Assembly: GCA_013416795.1 (NCBI GenBank)
Contig: RQSC01000014.1
Span: 431,400-485,698, forward strand
Direction of reading: 5' to 3'
Length of the DNA: 54,299 nt
Source of the DNA: Prasinococcaceae sp. CCMP 1430
Taxonomy: Eukaryota; Plantae; Prasinodermophyta
Each line of letters begins with the position of its first letter. The first letter of the stretch is position 1. The notes under the pieces are model-generated. The model did not search any database. It saw nothing but the letters and a program-made list of their open reading frames with translations, and was not told where the DNA came from. A program made the translations under genes and the position numbers. Positions 43,084-53,492 of the stretch are shown piece after piece.

Positions 43084-45111
43084 TCACGTGGCCCTGACCT
43101 CCTTGCTCGCCGCGTGCCCCCGGTCCCACACGCAGTAGAGGTTGCGCCCGCCGCCCTCGAGCGCGTACTGCACGTACCGGCGCCGGGGGCGCAGGTGCGG
43201 GAACGCGTCGCTGTCCCCGTTGATGTGTGTGTGGCCGTACACATGGACGTCTGCGTCGACGGCGTCGATCTGCTCGTCGAGCTCGAGGCAGCCCACCGCC
43301 TTGGCCATCTCAGGCACGCACGTCGAGAATGGCAGCTCGCGCCGCGGCAGGAAGTGCGACAAGGTCAGCACGCGATCGCCCTCCTCGCGCTTGAAGGTGC
43401 GCATCTGCGCCTCGTTGAGCTTGAGCATAATCTTCCACGCGACCAGGTGGTCCACGGGCCACTTGCAAAACTTGTCAAAGCGGACTCTCCCTGGCCGCGG
43501 GTCATCAACGTCGTACTCGTGGCTGTACCAGCTGTAGAGCGGAACGACGAACAGGCCGCGCGCCACCTCGGCGGGCGCCACCTCGACGCCGAGTTCGTCG
43601 CAACAATCGACGAGCGACAGCAGCTTACACACTGAATCAGGAAAGTCTCTGTCCTCTAGCCCCGGGCGGATCCAGAGGTCGTGGTTGCCTGGAACGTAGA
43701 AGACGCGCCTGAACTTCGCCTTGAGCTTACGCAACCCCTGGCGCACGGCGTTCAGCGTGTCGCCCACGTCGCCGGCGACGAGCAGCACGTCCTCCTGAAA
43801 GTTGGTGTCGTGGATGGTGGAGCACCAGCCGATGTTGCCGTTCGTGTCAACGTGCAGGTCGGAGCACGCGAACACGCGCGTGGATGTGCGCGGACGATGT
43901 GCGTGCGCGCGCGCCCAGCGCGCGAGACGCTTGCGCGCCCGCGGCGAATCCCATCTGCACATCGCGCCGAAGGCGTCTGAGCGCGCCTGGCGGAGCGAGC
44001 TCAGCTCGGACGCGGCGACGCCTGCTGCGTTGCACGCCTGTAGGCCACGAGCGGCTTGCCAGTACGCTTCTTCAGCCTCACCCGCACCAAGCTGCGCGGC
44101 CACCGCGCGCACATGCGCACGCGGCCAAGCGGGGGCGTGTGCGAGTGCACTGCGTGCGTCCGCCAGAGCCCCCTCCCACTCGCCGAGCTTCGCGCGGCAG
44201 GCAGAGCGATTGGACAGAAGACGCGCGGCGGCATCGCCGCGCGTGGCGTATGGCAGCGTGCGCGAGTACGCGTTCGCAGCAGCCTCGTAGCGGCCCTCCT
44301 TGAATGCCGCGTCGCCATCGGCCTTTTCTGCCCCCGCGCGCTCACCACCGTCAACCGCGAGAATCGCGCGCTCGTACTCACGATTTGAAGGGTCGAGCGC
44401 AAGCGCGCGTTCGTACGCCTTGCGCGCGTCCGAGTGGCGCCCAAGTCCATAGCACGCCACCGCTCGTCGGGCATGCGCCTTCGGCCACCCTGGGCGCAGC
44501 GAAACGCAGGCTTCGGCATGCTGCAGCGCACGCTGGTGGTCATCGCACGCTGACCTTGCCGCGGCGGCATTAGACAGTAGCGTGGCGCGTTCCCTCGCGT
44601 CGACGGCGTCCTCCTCGCCACCACCAAAGATCTCGCTGCAGTCCTCGAGCATCGCAAGCATGCGTTCGTAGAGCCGGGCGGCGAGCTCGTGGCGGCCGGC
44701 CTTGAAGAGGCCCGCCGCGCGCTCGCGGTCATTCGAGCCGAGCGAGATTACGTCTCGGCACATCTTGAGGCCACTTCTGCATCCTTCATCAGCGGCGGTG
44801 ACCTGCAGGCCCGCCATGAAGGCCGCCTCTGCTTCGCTGAAGCGCGCGAGGTAGAACAGCGCGGTGCCGCGGCGGCCGTGGCCCTTGGCCCATCGGGGGC
44901 GCGCGCGCAGGCCGCGATCGGCGTCGGCCAGCGCGTCCTCGAAGCGCCCTAGCTTTGCGAGCGCGGCGCTGCGATTGCCGAGCGGGCGCACGTCATCAAC
45001 AGGCGCGCCCTCGCGCACGGCTTCCGTGTAGTGCCTCACGGCTTCCGACCACGCTCCCCGCCGGAACGCCTCGTTGCCGCGTGAGCGCGCCGCCTCGCCC
45101 GCGGACGACAT
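43084..45111 (-). CDS. Three TPR clusters (STI1/Hop-like) fused to a calcineurin-like metallophosphoesterase
   Basis: GNEAFRRG...NRSAALAKLG...WAKGHGRRG-type cluster occurs three times, then SDLHVD, AGDV, VPGNHD, LSHFLP, YGHTH. Confidence 0.88.
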   Translation of the reverse strand: MSSAGEAARSRGNEAFRRGAWSEAVRHYTEAVREGAPVDDVRPLGNRSAALAKLGRFEDALADADRGLRARPRWAKGHGRRGTALFYLARFSEAEAAFMAGLQVTAADEGCRSGLKMCRDVISLGSNDRERAAGLFKAGRHELAARLYERMLAMLEDCSEIFGGGEEDAVDARERATLLSNAAAARSACDDHQRALQHAEACVSLRPGWPKAHARRAVACYGLGRHSDARKAYERALALDPSNREYERAILAVDGGERAGAEKADGDAAFKEGRYEAAANAYSRTLPYATRGDAAARLLSNRSACRAKLGEWEGALADARSALAHAPAWPRAHVRAVAAQLGAGEAEEAYWQAARGLQACNAAGVAASELSSLRQARSDAFGAMCRWDSPRARKRLARWARAHAHRPRTSTRVFACSDLHVDTNGNIGWCSTIHDTNFQEDVLLVAGDVGDTLNAVRQGLRKLKAKFRRVFYVPGNHDLWIRPGLEDRDFPDSVCKLLSLVDCCDELGVEVAPAEVARGLFVVPLYSWYSHEYDVDDPRPGRVRFDKFCKWPVDHLVAWKIMLKLNEAQMRTFKREEGDRVLTLSHFLPRRELPFSTCVPEMAKAVGCLELDEQIDAVDADVHVYGHTHINGDSDAFPHLRPRRRYVQYALEGGGRNLYCVWDRGHAASKEVRAT

Positions 45112-45231
45112 CCTCGCCGCGCGCGCGGGGACCCATGCGCGGCGCATGTGCCACCCACTCTGCCTTGCTCCGTCCGCCCCACCACCACCACCACCGGCGC
45201 GCCCATCCGCGGCGCCGGCGCCCGCCTCGCG

Positions 45232-45468
45232 ATGTCGCGACGCTGCGCGCAGGAGCCCGTCCCTCGGCACGTGGACCCCGAGGCTCCGCGGGTGGCGCGG
45301 GACCCGAACCGCGCGCTCACGAGCGAGACGGCTCTGCACAAGGCGCGCAAGGACAGCGCGCGGCGGCAGTCGGACCGCCACGCCGTCGTACTGCTCGCCA
45401 TCGCCGTCGTCGGCGTCATCGTCTTCTTCGGAGCCGCGGCCGCGTACCTGTTGGGGCGCTACGGCTGA
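45232..45468 (+). CDS. Small protein (78 aa) with a C-terminal TM helix, possibly tail-anchored
   Basis: ATG to TGA, GC3-rich; VVLLAIAVVGVIVFFGAAAAYLLG at the C-terminus. Confidence 0.55.
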   Translation: MSRRCAQEPVPRHVDPEAPRVARDPNRALTSETALHKARKDSARRQSDRHAVVLLAIAVVGVIVFFGAAAAYLLGRYG

Positions 45469-45643
45469 GTGCGCCAAGGGAGGGGTCGCTGGCTGCGCTG
45501 GCACCACGCACGACGGCGCGGCGCCCGGCGCCGCGCCGCGCGCGCCACTCCCACAGTAATAAGATCTTGCACTCTTCACACCGGCCGCGCGGCGCGAGCG
45601 GGCGCGCCGACGGGGTGGTGGTGGCCGTCCCTCGCGCGCCTCC

Positions 45644-45946
45644 TCAGTCGTCGGCGCCCGGGATCTGCAGGAAGAACGACTCTTGCCTCTGGAAGCCGAG
45701 CTCTCCGAGCGTGCTGCCCGCCGCGTCCGACGCGCGCTGCATCACGCGCCTGGGAAACTGCGTGACGAGCTTCGCCGCGTCCGAGCCGCCGTCGGCGCCC
45801 TCCGCGGCCACCCAGTCGAAGAGCGACAGCAGGCAGTCGGACGAGGCGAACGCGCGCGTCAGCCGGCCGCCCTGCGGCAGCCGGACCATGACGCGCACGA
45901 CGCCCTCGGCGCCTTCGGCGGGGGCGGCGGGGACGCGCGCGGCGGC
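45644..45946 (-). CDS. UBX-domain last exon (PUX family), upstream exons absent
   Basis: VRVMVRLPQGGRLTRAFASSDCLLSLFDWV...LVTQFPRR...TLGELGF: UBX R..FPR signature. Confidence 0.8.
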   Translation of the reverse strand, partial: AAARVPAAPAEGAEGVVRVMVRLPQGGRLTRAFASSDCLLSLFDWVAAEGADGGSDAAKLVTQFPRRVMQRASDAAGSTLGELGFQRQESFFLQIPGADD

Positions 45947-46001
45947 CTTCACACACTCCCTTTTTTTTTTTTTTTTTGCCCCACGCGGCAGAGGTGGGCC
46001 T

Positions 46002-46033
<32 letters not shown>

Positions 46034-46125
46034 AGTGTGCGCACGGCAGCCGTGGCGGTGGCGTTGGCGGCGGCGGGGTCAGTGCGCGGACAGCGGCCGC
46101 GACGGCCGCGGCGGCCGCGCGCGCG

Positions 46126-46887
46126 ATGAAGCTGCGCGAGCTGGAGGGCGCGCTGGGCGAGGTGCGGCCGTTCGGCAAGCCGAAGGTGGCGCTGGAACAG
46201 TACCCCACGGGCGCCCACCTCGCGGCGTGCATGCTGCACACGATGGCGGGCGCCTTCGACGAGCTGGAGGGGTGCGTGGTGGCCGACCTCGGCTGCGGGA
46301 CGGGGGTGCTCAGCATCGGCGCGGCGCTCGCGGGGGCCGAGCGCGTGGTTGGCGTCGACGTGGACCCCGACGCGCTCGCCATTTGCAAGGAGAACATCGA
46401 CGACTTCGAGCTCGAGGGAGAGATTGACCTCCTGCACGCCGCAATCGGCGCAGGCGTCCCGCTACCGATGTGCGCACGCGCCCCGGCCGCGCTGCATGTC
46501 AGATGCGCCCAGACGACTCGTCGCGCACCCCCCTCTCGCAGATGCGGAGCTGACCCCCTCGCCGCGCCGTGCCCGCACGACAGTCGCCCTGGCAGCGTGG
46601 ACGTCGTCGTGATGAACCCTCCATTCGGCACCAAGACCAAGGGCGCGGACGCGGCGTTCATGGCCGCCGCGCGGGCGCTGGAGCCCCGTGCTGTGTGGTC
46701 GCTGCATAAATCAAGCACGCGTGGCTTCCTGGAGAAGCACGCACTCAAGACGCTTGGGTTCTCGAGCGCGGAGGTCGTCGCCGAGATGCGGTACGATTTG
46801 CCGAAGACCTACAAGTTCCACAAGAAGGCCTCGCTCGACATCGAGGTTGACCTGTGGCGCTTCGGGCTCGAGCGCGACGAGGACTGA
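46126..46887 (+). CDS. METTL5: 18S rRNA m6A methyltransferase METTL5; probable intron 46470-46583
   Basis: PKVALEQYPTGAHLAACML, VADLGCGTG, VDVVVMNPPFGTK, SLHKSSTR, EMRYDLPKTYKFHKKASLDIEVD. Confidence 0.95.
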   Translation: MKLRELEGALGEVRPFGKPKVALEQYPTGAHLAACMLHTMAGAFDELEGCVVADLGCGTGVLSIGAALAGAERVVGVDVDPDALAICKENIDDFELEGEIDLLHAAIGAGVPLPMCARAPAALHVRCAQTTRRAPPSRRCGADPLAAPCPHDSRPGSVDVVVMNPPFGTKTKGADAAFMAAARALEPRAVWSLHKSSTRGFLEKHALKTLGFSSAEVVAEMRYDLPKTYKFHKKASLDIEVDLWRFGLERDED

Positions 46888-47075
46888 GGACTGTACACGC
46901 GTGCTCTTGTTGTAGTCTAGTCTAGCTATTGTACCATAGGTGCCAACCGAGAGCTCGCCACGCCAGCCTCCACGCGCACCATAATATCCCCGACGACCGT
47001 GGAACAGCTGCACGAAGGAGCGTGGCGTACAGATACAGCTTACAGTATGTCACATCGCGCGCGGCTGTTTCATCC

Positions 47076-48400
47076 TCATGCCGCTTGCGCATGGGCAAGG
47101 TGCGCATCGACCGCGCTCATGACGGCCCGCGCGTCGAGCTGCCAGCCCGCGAGGGCGGCGCTGGCTGGCCCAGCATCCGCCGCCGCGTGCTGTTGCCGCT
47201 CTGGCTGCTTTCCCCCGCGCACGGACGGCGAGGCCTGCGCGGTGACGCCTGCCGCGCCTTCGAGCGCCGCGAGCGTCATCGCACCCTCTGGCACGGCAAG
47301 CGGCTCCACCAGAGGGGGCGCCTGGATGCCTGGCATGCCTCCCACGCCACCCATCGGGAAGTTGAAATCAGACATGCCAGGCAGGTGCATGTCCATGCCA
47401 TCGTAGTACTGCGCCTGCTGGGCGCCTCCGGCCACCGCGCCCTGCGGGACAGCGCGGGCGCTCTTGGAGTCAGCGACGCTCGTTGAGCTGCGCATGGGGC
47501 AGGGAGAGAGGGCGAGGGCCGGGGGGGGGGGTGGGATGGGGGACATTGACGCACCTTCTTCTTGAGGTCCTTGATGTACCTGCGGAGGGGCTTGACAAAC
47601 GGGTGCACATTCCAGTACTTGTTGCCATTGGCGCCCTTGGCGTCGCGCGTGGTGGGCAGGTCGGCCACCTTGTGCCACTCTATCTTCGATATCTCCTTGC
47701 GCGCGATGGGCGCCATTCTGGCGGCGTCCTCGTCGCAACCCCGCACGATGTACATTCGGCTCACCTGCCCCGCCATGGTCACCTCGAGGAAGGTCTCGGG
47801 GTCCACCAGCGTCTCGAGGTTGAGGCCGGTCTCCTCATACACCTCGCGCGAGGCGCAGATCGCCGGGTCCTCATCCTTGTTGACCTTGCCACGCGGGAAG
47901 CCCCAACTCGCACCCGCCTTCCATCCCTTCACCATCAGCGCCCGGCTGCACGCCGAATTGAGCACGATGCAGCCGTAGACTGGCACGGTCACCTTGTAGG
48001 AGGTGAAGCTCTTGTAGATCGTGTCGAGGTGGCCTACGTAGGGCCGCAGCGACACGCACGTGGTGAACAGGTGCGTCGCGAACTCACGCAGAGAGAGTGA
48101 CTTGAGGTCGGTCCTCTTCTCGCGCACGAAGTCCTCGTAGAACCAGTGCGCCTGCTCTACGAGGAACATGATCCGCTCGAAGGACGCCAGCTCCTCGGCG
48201 GGGCAGTTCAGGATGAAGCGCGAGCACAGATCCTCGCACGTCAGCGCGTCTGGCAGGCCCGTCGGCGCCTGCTTCTTCTTCTTGGCCTTCTTTCCCTGCT
48301 GCTGCTGCGGCTGCGGCTGCGGCTGCGGCGGCTGCGGCGGCAGCAGCACTGGCTGCTGCGGCGTGGGCAGCAGCTGCGGCTGACCCGGCGCGGATGCCAT
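47076..48400 (-). CDS. DCP2: mRNA decapping enzyme DCP2; exons 48400-47555, 47441-47076
   Basis: Box A (DLCSRFILNCPAEE...FLVEQAHWFYEDF), Nudix WGFPRGKVNKDE...REVYEETG, EISKIEW; C-terminal WQLDARAVMSAV resembles the plant DCP2 tail; GT donor 47554, CTGAC branch, CAG acceptor 47442. Confidence 0.93.
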
Positions 48401-48938
48401 TGCGACGTGCGTGGGCGCGCGCGCCCCGGTGAGCGCGGGGTGTGCCTCCGCACACCCACTCCTCACCACACCCACCCACCCACCCCCTCGACCCCCTCCA
48501 CCCCGCTCGCGCAGCAGCCGCCGACGGCTGCAGGGGGGAAAAACGTCCAGAGCTCAAACTTTGCCTTTTCGCGCGAAAATGCATGCCTTTTGATACGGGT
48601 CACAGAGTCGCCCGTTTGTATATCATTCATACATTTGAATGTTCTATTCTTGTCAGTGCGTGTGCGGTGCGTCGCGATCCGCTCTCTCCGCGCGCGCGCG
48701 CGCGCGCGCGGGGGCGGCGGTGCCGGGCAGGCGCGGAGGGACCCCTTCCCCCGCCCATCGCCACACCGCCTTCCCTCGGCGCACCTGAGGCTTCAATCGC
48801 GGGACGCGATGGCTGCCGTGCGGGCGGTGGCGGCGGCGAGGGCGGCGGCCGGTGCGCGCTGCACACCCCGCGCGCGCGCAGCGCGCGTCCGCAGCGTGCG
48901 CGAGGGTGCGTGAGGCGGCGAGGAAGAGGGGCGGCACG

Positions 48939-51425
48939 ATGTCCACCCCCGACGGCGCCGCGGCGCCCGCCGCGGCGGTGGCGATGACAGCCGGCGAGAA
49001 CGCCGCGGGCGAGGTCGTCGCGTCGGTCGAGGAGACGAATCGCGTGCGCGCGCTCTTGGGGCTGAAGCCGCTCGACATGGGGGGTGCACGCGGCGCGGCA
49101 GGCGGCGGCGCGGACCGGGGCCTCAAGGAGGGCGAGGTGGCGGTGGACTGGGAGGCGCGCAGAGCTGAGCAGAGTGCCGAGGAGCTGCGCGCGCGCGTTG
49201 CCAAGGCGCGCCAGCGCCGCGAGGTCGACGCCAAGTTCGCGGGCGTCAAGGGGCTCGGCGAGGCGTCGGATGACGAGGACGGCGGCAGTGGCGGTGGCGA
49301 CAGCGCGGCGGCGTGGGTCGCCAAGTCGCGGGCCGAGGGCGCGAAGAAGGAGCAGGAAAGGCAGCGAAAGGAACGCGAGCAGGCCGAGCGAATGGCCGCC
49401 ATGCTTGCGGAGCAGGACGAGGGCAGCGACAGCGATGCGGACGACGTTGGCGCGGGGGTTTCCGCGCCGCCTGTTGCGGCAGGCGCTACGTACACGTCGC
49501 GTGATCTTGCGGGGCTGAAGGTGACGCATGGCGGCGACGCCATGAAGGAGGGCCAGACCATTGTGCTGACCCTCAAGGACACGGGCGTCCTGGACACTGG
49601 AGACGATGGCGAGCTCGCCGTCAACGACGAGGAGGATGAGCTCGAAAATGTTCGCATGGCCGAGCTCGACAAGCAGGCGAAGGCCAAGCGCGAGGCCAAG
49701 CCGCTGCCCAAGAGCGTCTACGTGGACAAGTTTGCAGAGGAGGACGCAGCGGGTGGCGGCGGCGGCGGCGTGCTGGCAAAGTACGACACCGTCATTGAGG
49801 GCGGCGAGGAGGCCGACGGCGGGATGCAGCTGGGCGCAGACGGGGGCGTGGCGGCAGAAGAGGCAGCACGCCGCGCCGAGGTCAAGCGCAAGCTCGCTGG
49901 CGGCCTCCCGCAGCCGGGCTCCGCCGCCGAGACTCTCGATACCGAGATGAAGCAGGCGAGCGAGTTTTACACCGAGAAGGAGATGGCGTCATTCCGCAAG
50001 CCAAAGAAAGAGAAGAAGAAGAAGAAGAAGATCCGATCCAGGCGACTCGCCGCGGACGACCTGGAGGCGATCGTGGCCGAGGAGGGCGGCCTGCCCTCGG
50101 CTGGCACTGGGCTTGGCTCCCGCAAGGACAGCGCCGCGCGGCGAAAGGAGCAAGCCCAGGCCTCGAAACGAGGCGTCGCCGCGCAGAACTACGCGCAGGC
50201 GCGGGCGAAGGCGGAGGACAGGGCCAAGGTGTTGCGCGAAGAAGGCCGCGTCGCGGCCGCTCGTATGGCTCCCGAGGCCAGTGTTCCACCACCGGCAGAC
50301 ATCGACGAGGAAGAAGCAGATGAGGACGAGCTTGCCGCTAGCATCGAGCGCGCGCGCCTCGCTAAGATCAAGGCTTCTGGCGCTCAGCGAGACGCCGCCG
50401 CGAGGGTCGCAGCCCGCGTGGAAAGCATCAACAAGGCCGACGAAGAAGCGGGAACCGCGGCCGGCGGAGGCGGCCCCGATGGCGTCGCGGTGAAGACCGA
50501 GGAGGGCGACGGGCTGGTGTTCACCTCCACCACTGAGTTCGTCAGGTCCATTGTCGACGAGGAGGAGGATAAGGACATCAAGCCCACGATCGTGCCCGAG
50601 GCCGAGGCACCACATGAGCAAGAGCCCAACGTCGGCGGACGCGAAGACACCCAGATGGACGACATGGATGAGGGCGAAATCCCTGCGGATGGCGGCGAGG
50701 CTGAGGGAGGCCAGCGTTCAGCCCAAGGCGAGGAAGGAGCAGGCGCAGAAGCAACCATGGGCGCGGGCGTCGCCGTTGCTTCTCGCCGCAAGGGCCTCGC
50801 GGGTGCGCTCGAGATGTTGCGTGGGAGCGGCGCGCTCGGTGCAGACGCCAAGACTACTCTCGGCGTATCCGGCCGCCGCAATGAGCTCAAGGGCCACGCA
50901 GCTCAGGCACTCAAGGACCGCATCGGAGATGCCAACGACCGTGTCCGCCTGGAGCGCTACGACGAATTCGGCAGGGTGATGACCCCGAAGGAGGCATTCC
51001 GTGAGCTCTGCCACCGCTTTCACGGCAAGGCGCCTGGCAAGAAAAGGATGGCCAAGCGGCTCAAGCAGTACAGGGACGAGCAGGCGCGTCTCAATGCCAC
51101 GACGGTGAACTCAGCCGCCCAGCAGATGGAGGCGCTCCGCAAGGCGAACGAGGCCCGCCAAGCGCCCTTCCAGGTGTTATCGGGCAAGGTCAATGCAGGG
51201 CAATCCTCGGACTTCCACGTTGTGATGGAGAAAGACGCTGGCGACACCCTCGTGGGTGCGGGGGAAGCGAACCAACCGTTCCTGCGCGACGCAGGCGCCT
51301 CCGCGGCCGGTGGTGGGACTGCGGGCGGCTCCGGTGGGTGGACTCAGGTCGCGCAGGGCGAGACTGGCAAGGCCAAGCTCATGTCGGACATCCCTGTCGC
51401 CAAGCGCGCGCGCACGGACCAGTGA
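48939..51425 (+). CDS. SART1: U4/U6.U5 tri-snRNP protein SART1/Snu66
   Basis: HIND motif SVEETNRVRALLGLKPL, LAGLKVTH, VLTLKD, ERYDEFGRVMTPKEAFRELCHRFHGKAPGK. Confidence 0.95.
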   Translation: MSTPDGAAAPAAAVAMTAGENAAGEVVASVEETNRVRALLGLKPLDMGGARGAAGGGADRGLKEGEVAVDWEARRAEQSAEELRARVAKARQRREVDAKFAGVKGLGEASDDEDGGSGGGDSAAAWVAKSRAEGAKKEQERQRKEREQAERMAAMLAEQDEGSDSDADDVGAGVSAPPVAAGATYTSRDLAGLKVTHGGDAMKEGQTIVLTLKDTGVLDTGDDGELAVNDEEDELENVRMAELDKQAKAKREAKPLPKSVYVDKFAEEDAAGGGGGGVLAKYDTVIEGGEEADGGMQLGADGGVAAEEAARRAEVKRKLAGGLPQPGSAAETLDTEMKQASEFYTEKEMASFRKPKKEKKKKKKIRSRRLAADDLEAIVAEEGGLPSAGTGLGSRKDSAARRKEQAQASKRGVAAQNYAQARAKAEDRAKVLREEGRVAAARMAPEASVPPPADIDEEEADEDELAASIERARLAKIKASGAQRDAAARVAARVESINKADEEAGTAAGGGGPDGVAVKTEEGDGLVFTSTTEFVRSIVDEEEDKDIKPTIVPEAEAPHEQEPNVGGREDTQMDDMDEGEIPADGGEAEGGQRSAQGEEGAGAEATMGAGVAVASRRKGLAGALEMLRGSGALGADAKTTLGVSGRRNELKGHAAQALKDRIGDANDRVRLERYDEFGRVMTPKEAFRELCHRFHGKAPGKKRMAKRLKQYRDEQARLNATTVNSAAQQMEALRKANEARQAPFQVLSGKVNAGQSSDFHVVMEKDAGDTLVGAGEANQPFLRDAGASAAGGGTAGGSGGWTQVAQGETGKAKLMSDIPVAKRARTDQ

Positions 51426-51980
51426 AGCCGCCGATGCTGTACGCAGTAATGGTAGAGGATGCACAATGCGCGCTCTTGCGCGTCAGTGAGCTAGAGAGGC
51501 GATCCTCGAGCGGGTCATCTCCGAGCCGCGTGCGCAGCTGATCTACTCGAAAACCTTGTCCCTACCGGTCGCGATGCTGTCCGCGTCTGGGACGAGCTGC
51601 ATGCCCAAGACGCTGCCGGAGGCTGGCGCGGCGTCGGCGCGTCCCTCTTGCGACGGTCGCGAGATGCGCATGACGATGCTCCGTTGGGTCATCGAAGATC
51701 CACGCATGCGCGGCTCGTCGCTTCGCGTAAAACATACAAGTGCGAGCGTCGTCGCATCGTGGCCACGCTGGCCAACGGACGCGCTAATGGCAACCACACC
51801 GCGTGCGGACGCCCCCTCTCCCTTGCGCCTCTGCGCCCTCGCGCGCGAGCGCCCCGCAGCCGGCCCTCGCTCGCACCCCTTCGCGCGCGTGCGCCCGCTC
51901 GCGGCTTCTGTGCCCTTTCGAGACATCGCTCTGTCTCGCTCCCCCTTCTCGCTCTGCGCGCGCCCTCACGCGTGCGCGCG

Positions 51981-53312
51981 ATGGCGGCGTGCTGGGAGGA
52001 TGCGGATGCGGTGCTGCCTGCCGTGGGCGTCAGCGCGGGGATGCCCCCCGCCCTGGACGCGACGCTGGCAGCGGCGCTTGCCGACACCGCGCACCGCCCG
52101 ACGCTGCTCAGGCTGGACGCCGAACTGCGCAAGTTCGTCAACATGAGCGCGCGCACGAGCTGCACGTTGCCCGCGGCGCTCAGTGCGCACCACCGCGCGT
52201 GCGCGGCAGCGATCGCGGAAACTTGCGGCCTCGCCACACAAGAGGTGGACGCGCCAAGCGGAGGGACAAAGCTGTCGATAAGCAAGACCCCACAGACACA
52301 CTGCCCGCCGTGGAAGCTCGCCGATGTCATCGCCGCGCCCGTAGCCGCCCACGCGACACCAGGAGATGCGACTGCCATCAATCCGCTGCCTGCTCAGCAG
52401 CCGGCGGTGATGATGCAACGGCGCACAGGACGCGGAACCTCTCCCGGCGGCGCCGGACCGCAGGGCCGGGGCGCTACGAGCATAGCGGGCCGTGGGCCCC
52501 CGCGGCGAACACTCTCGGGGCGTTCCCTCGAGGAGCGAGAGGCGGAGTACGCGAGGGCACGTCAGCGCCTGCTGGGCAGCGGAGACGGGGATGACGGGGA
52601 TGGCGAGGGCGCGGATGGCACGGGCGCGGGCAGCGCCGATGCATGCGGAGGCGCGGGTGACGGTGGCGAAGCGCTCGTCGACGAGCACCCGCACGAAGCC
52701 GCGCACGGTCAGCAGAGTCAACAGCGCCCTGGCAACTGGGGGAATAGCGATGGCTTTGGCTTGCCTGGCTTGGATGGAGGCGGCGGCAGCGGCAGCGGCA
52801 GCGGCAGCGGCGACGCCGGCAGCGGCGGGGGAGGAGGGCATCAGCGGAGCCGCAAGGCAATCTTTCGTGATCGCGCCTCCGAGCGTCTCGACCCTGAGTT
52901 TCGCCGGCAGCCGTCGCGAGCGCAGCAGCATCAGCAGCATCAGCAGCAGTACTACGCGCACCATTTTTACGAGCAGCAGTTCTACGCGCAAGGGCACAAC
53001 TCCGCGTACGGATACGACGTTGGCCAGGTCATGCTTGGCGTGCCGGGGGTGCCAGGCGTGCAGGGCGTGGCCATGCCGTACGACTACGCGGCGGAGTACC
53101 CCACGCTCGCCGCCGCCAGCAACGGCGCCGTGGTGGGCGGCATCCCCCAGCCATCGCCCTGGGACACGGCGACGCAAGGCACTGCTCAGGTCGCACGCGC
53201 GCCACAGTACGACCAGGGTGGGGCGGGCGCCATGGGCGGCGTGCGGCCGGTCCAGGCGCCAGACGCAGCGCAATACGCGCCGCAGCACGGGCTGCCGCGG
53301 CCATCGGAGTAG
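51981..53312 (+). CDS. R3H-like + SUZ domain RNA-binding protein
   Basis: RPTLLRLDAELRKFV...SAHHRACAAAIAETCGL...KTP, RSLEEREAEYARARQRLLG (SUZ), KAIFRDRASERLDPEFRR, Q/Y-rich tail. Confidence 0.8.
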   Translation: MAACWEDADAVLPAVGVSAGMPPALDATLAAALADTAHRPTLLRLDAELRKFVNMSARTSCTLPAALSAHHRACAAAIAETCGLATQEVDAPSGGTKLSISKTPQTHCPPWKLADVIAAPVAAHATPGDATAINPLPAQQPAVMMQRRTGRGTSPGGAGPQGRGATSIAGRGPPRRTLSGRSLEEREAEYARARQRLLGSGDGDDGDGEGADGTGAGSADACGGAGDGGEALVDEHPHEAAHGQQSQQRPGNWGNSDGFGLPGLDGGGGSGSGSGSGDAGSGGGGGHQRSRKAIFRDRASERLDPEFRRQPSRAQQHQQHQQQYYAHHFYEQQFYAQGHNSAYGYDVGQVMLGVPGVPGVQGVAMPYDYAAEYPTLAAASNGAVVGGIPQPSPWDTATQGTAQVARAPQYDQGGAGAMGGVRPVQAPDAAQYAPQHGLPRPSE

Positions 53313-53492
53313 GCACGTGCGCGGCGCCGCTCCGTCAATGGGCCGGGCGAATGGGAGGGAGGCGCCGCCTCCCTCCGACGGCAATCTGCGCCTGCTGGCG
53401 CTGCAACCCGCCTCTTGTAGACTATTCCTTTAGACTAGCTGATTAATGTCTATGTCCACGACGCGGCCGCGACCTGAGCCGAGTACGCGCGC

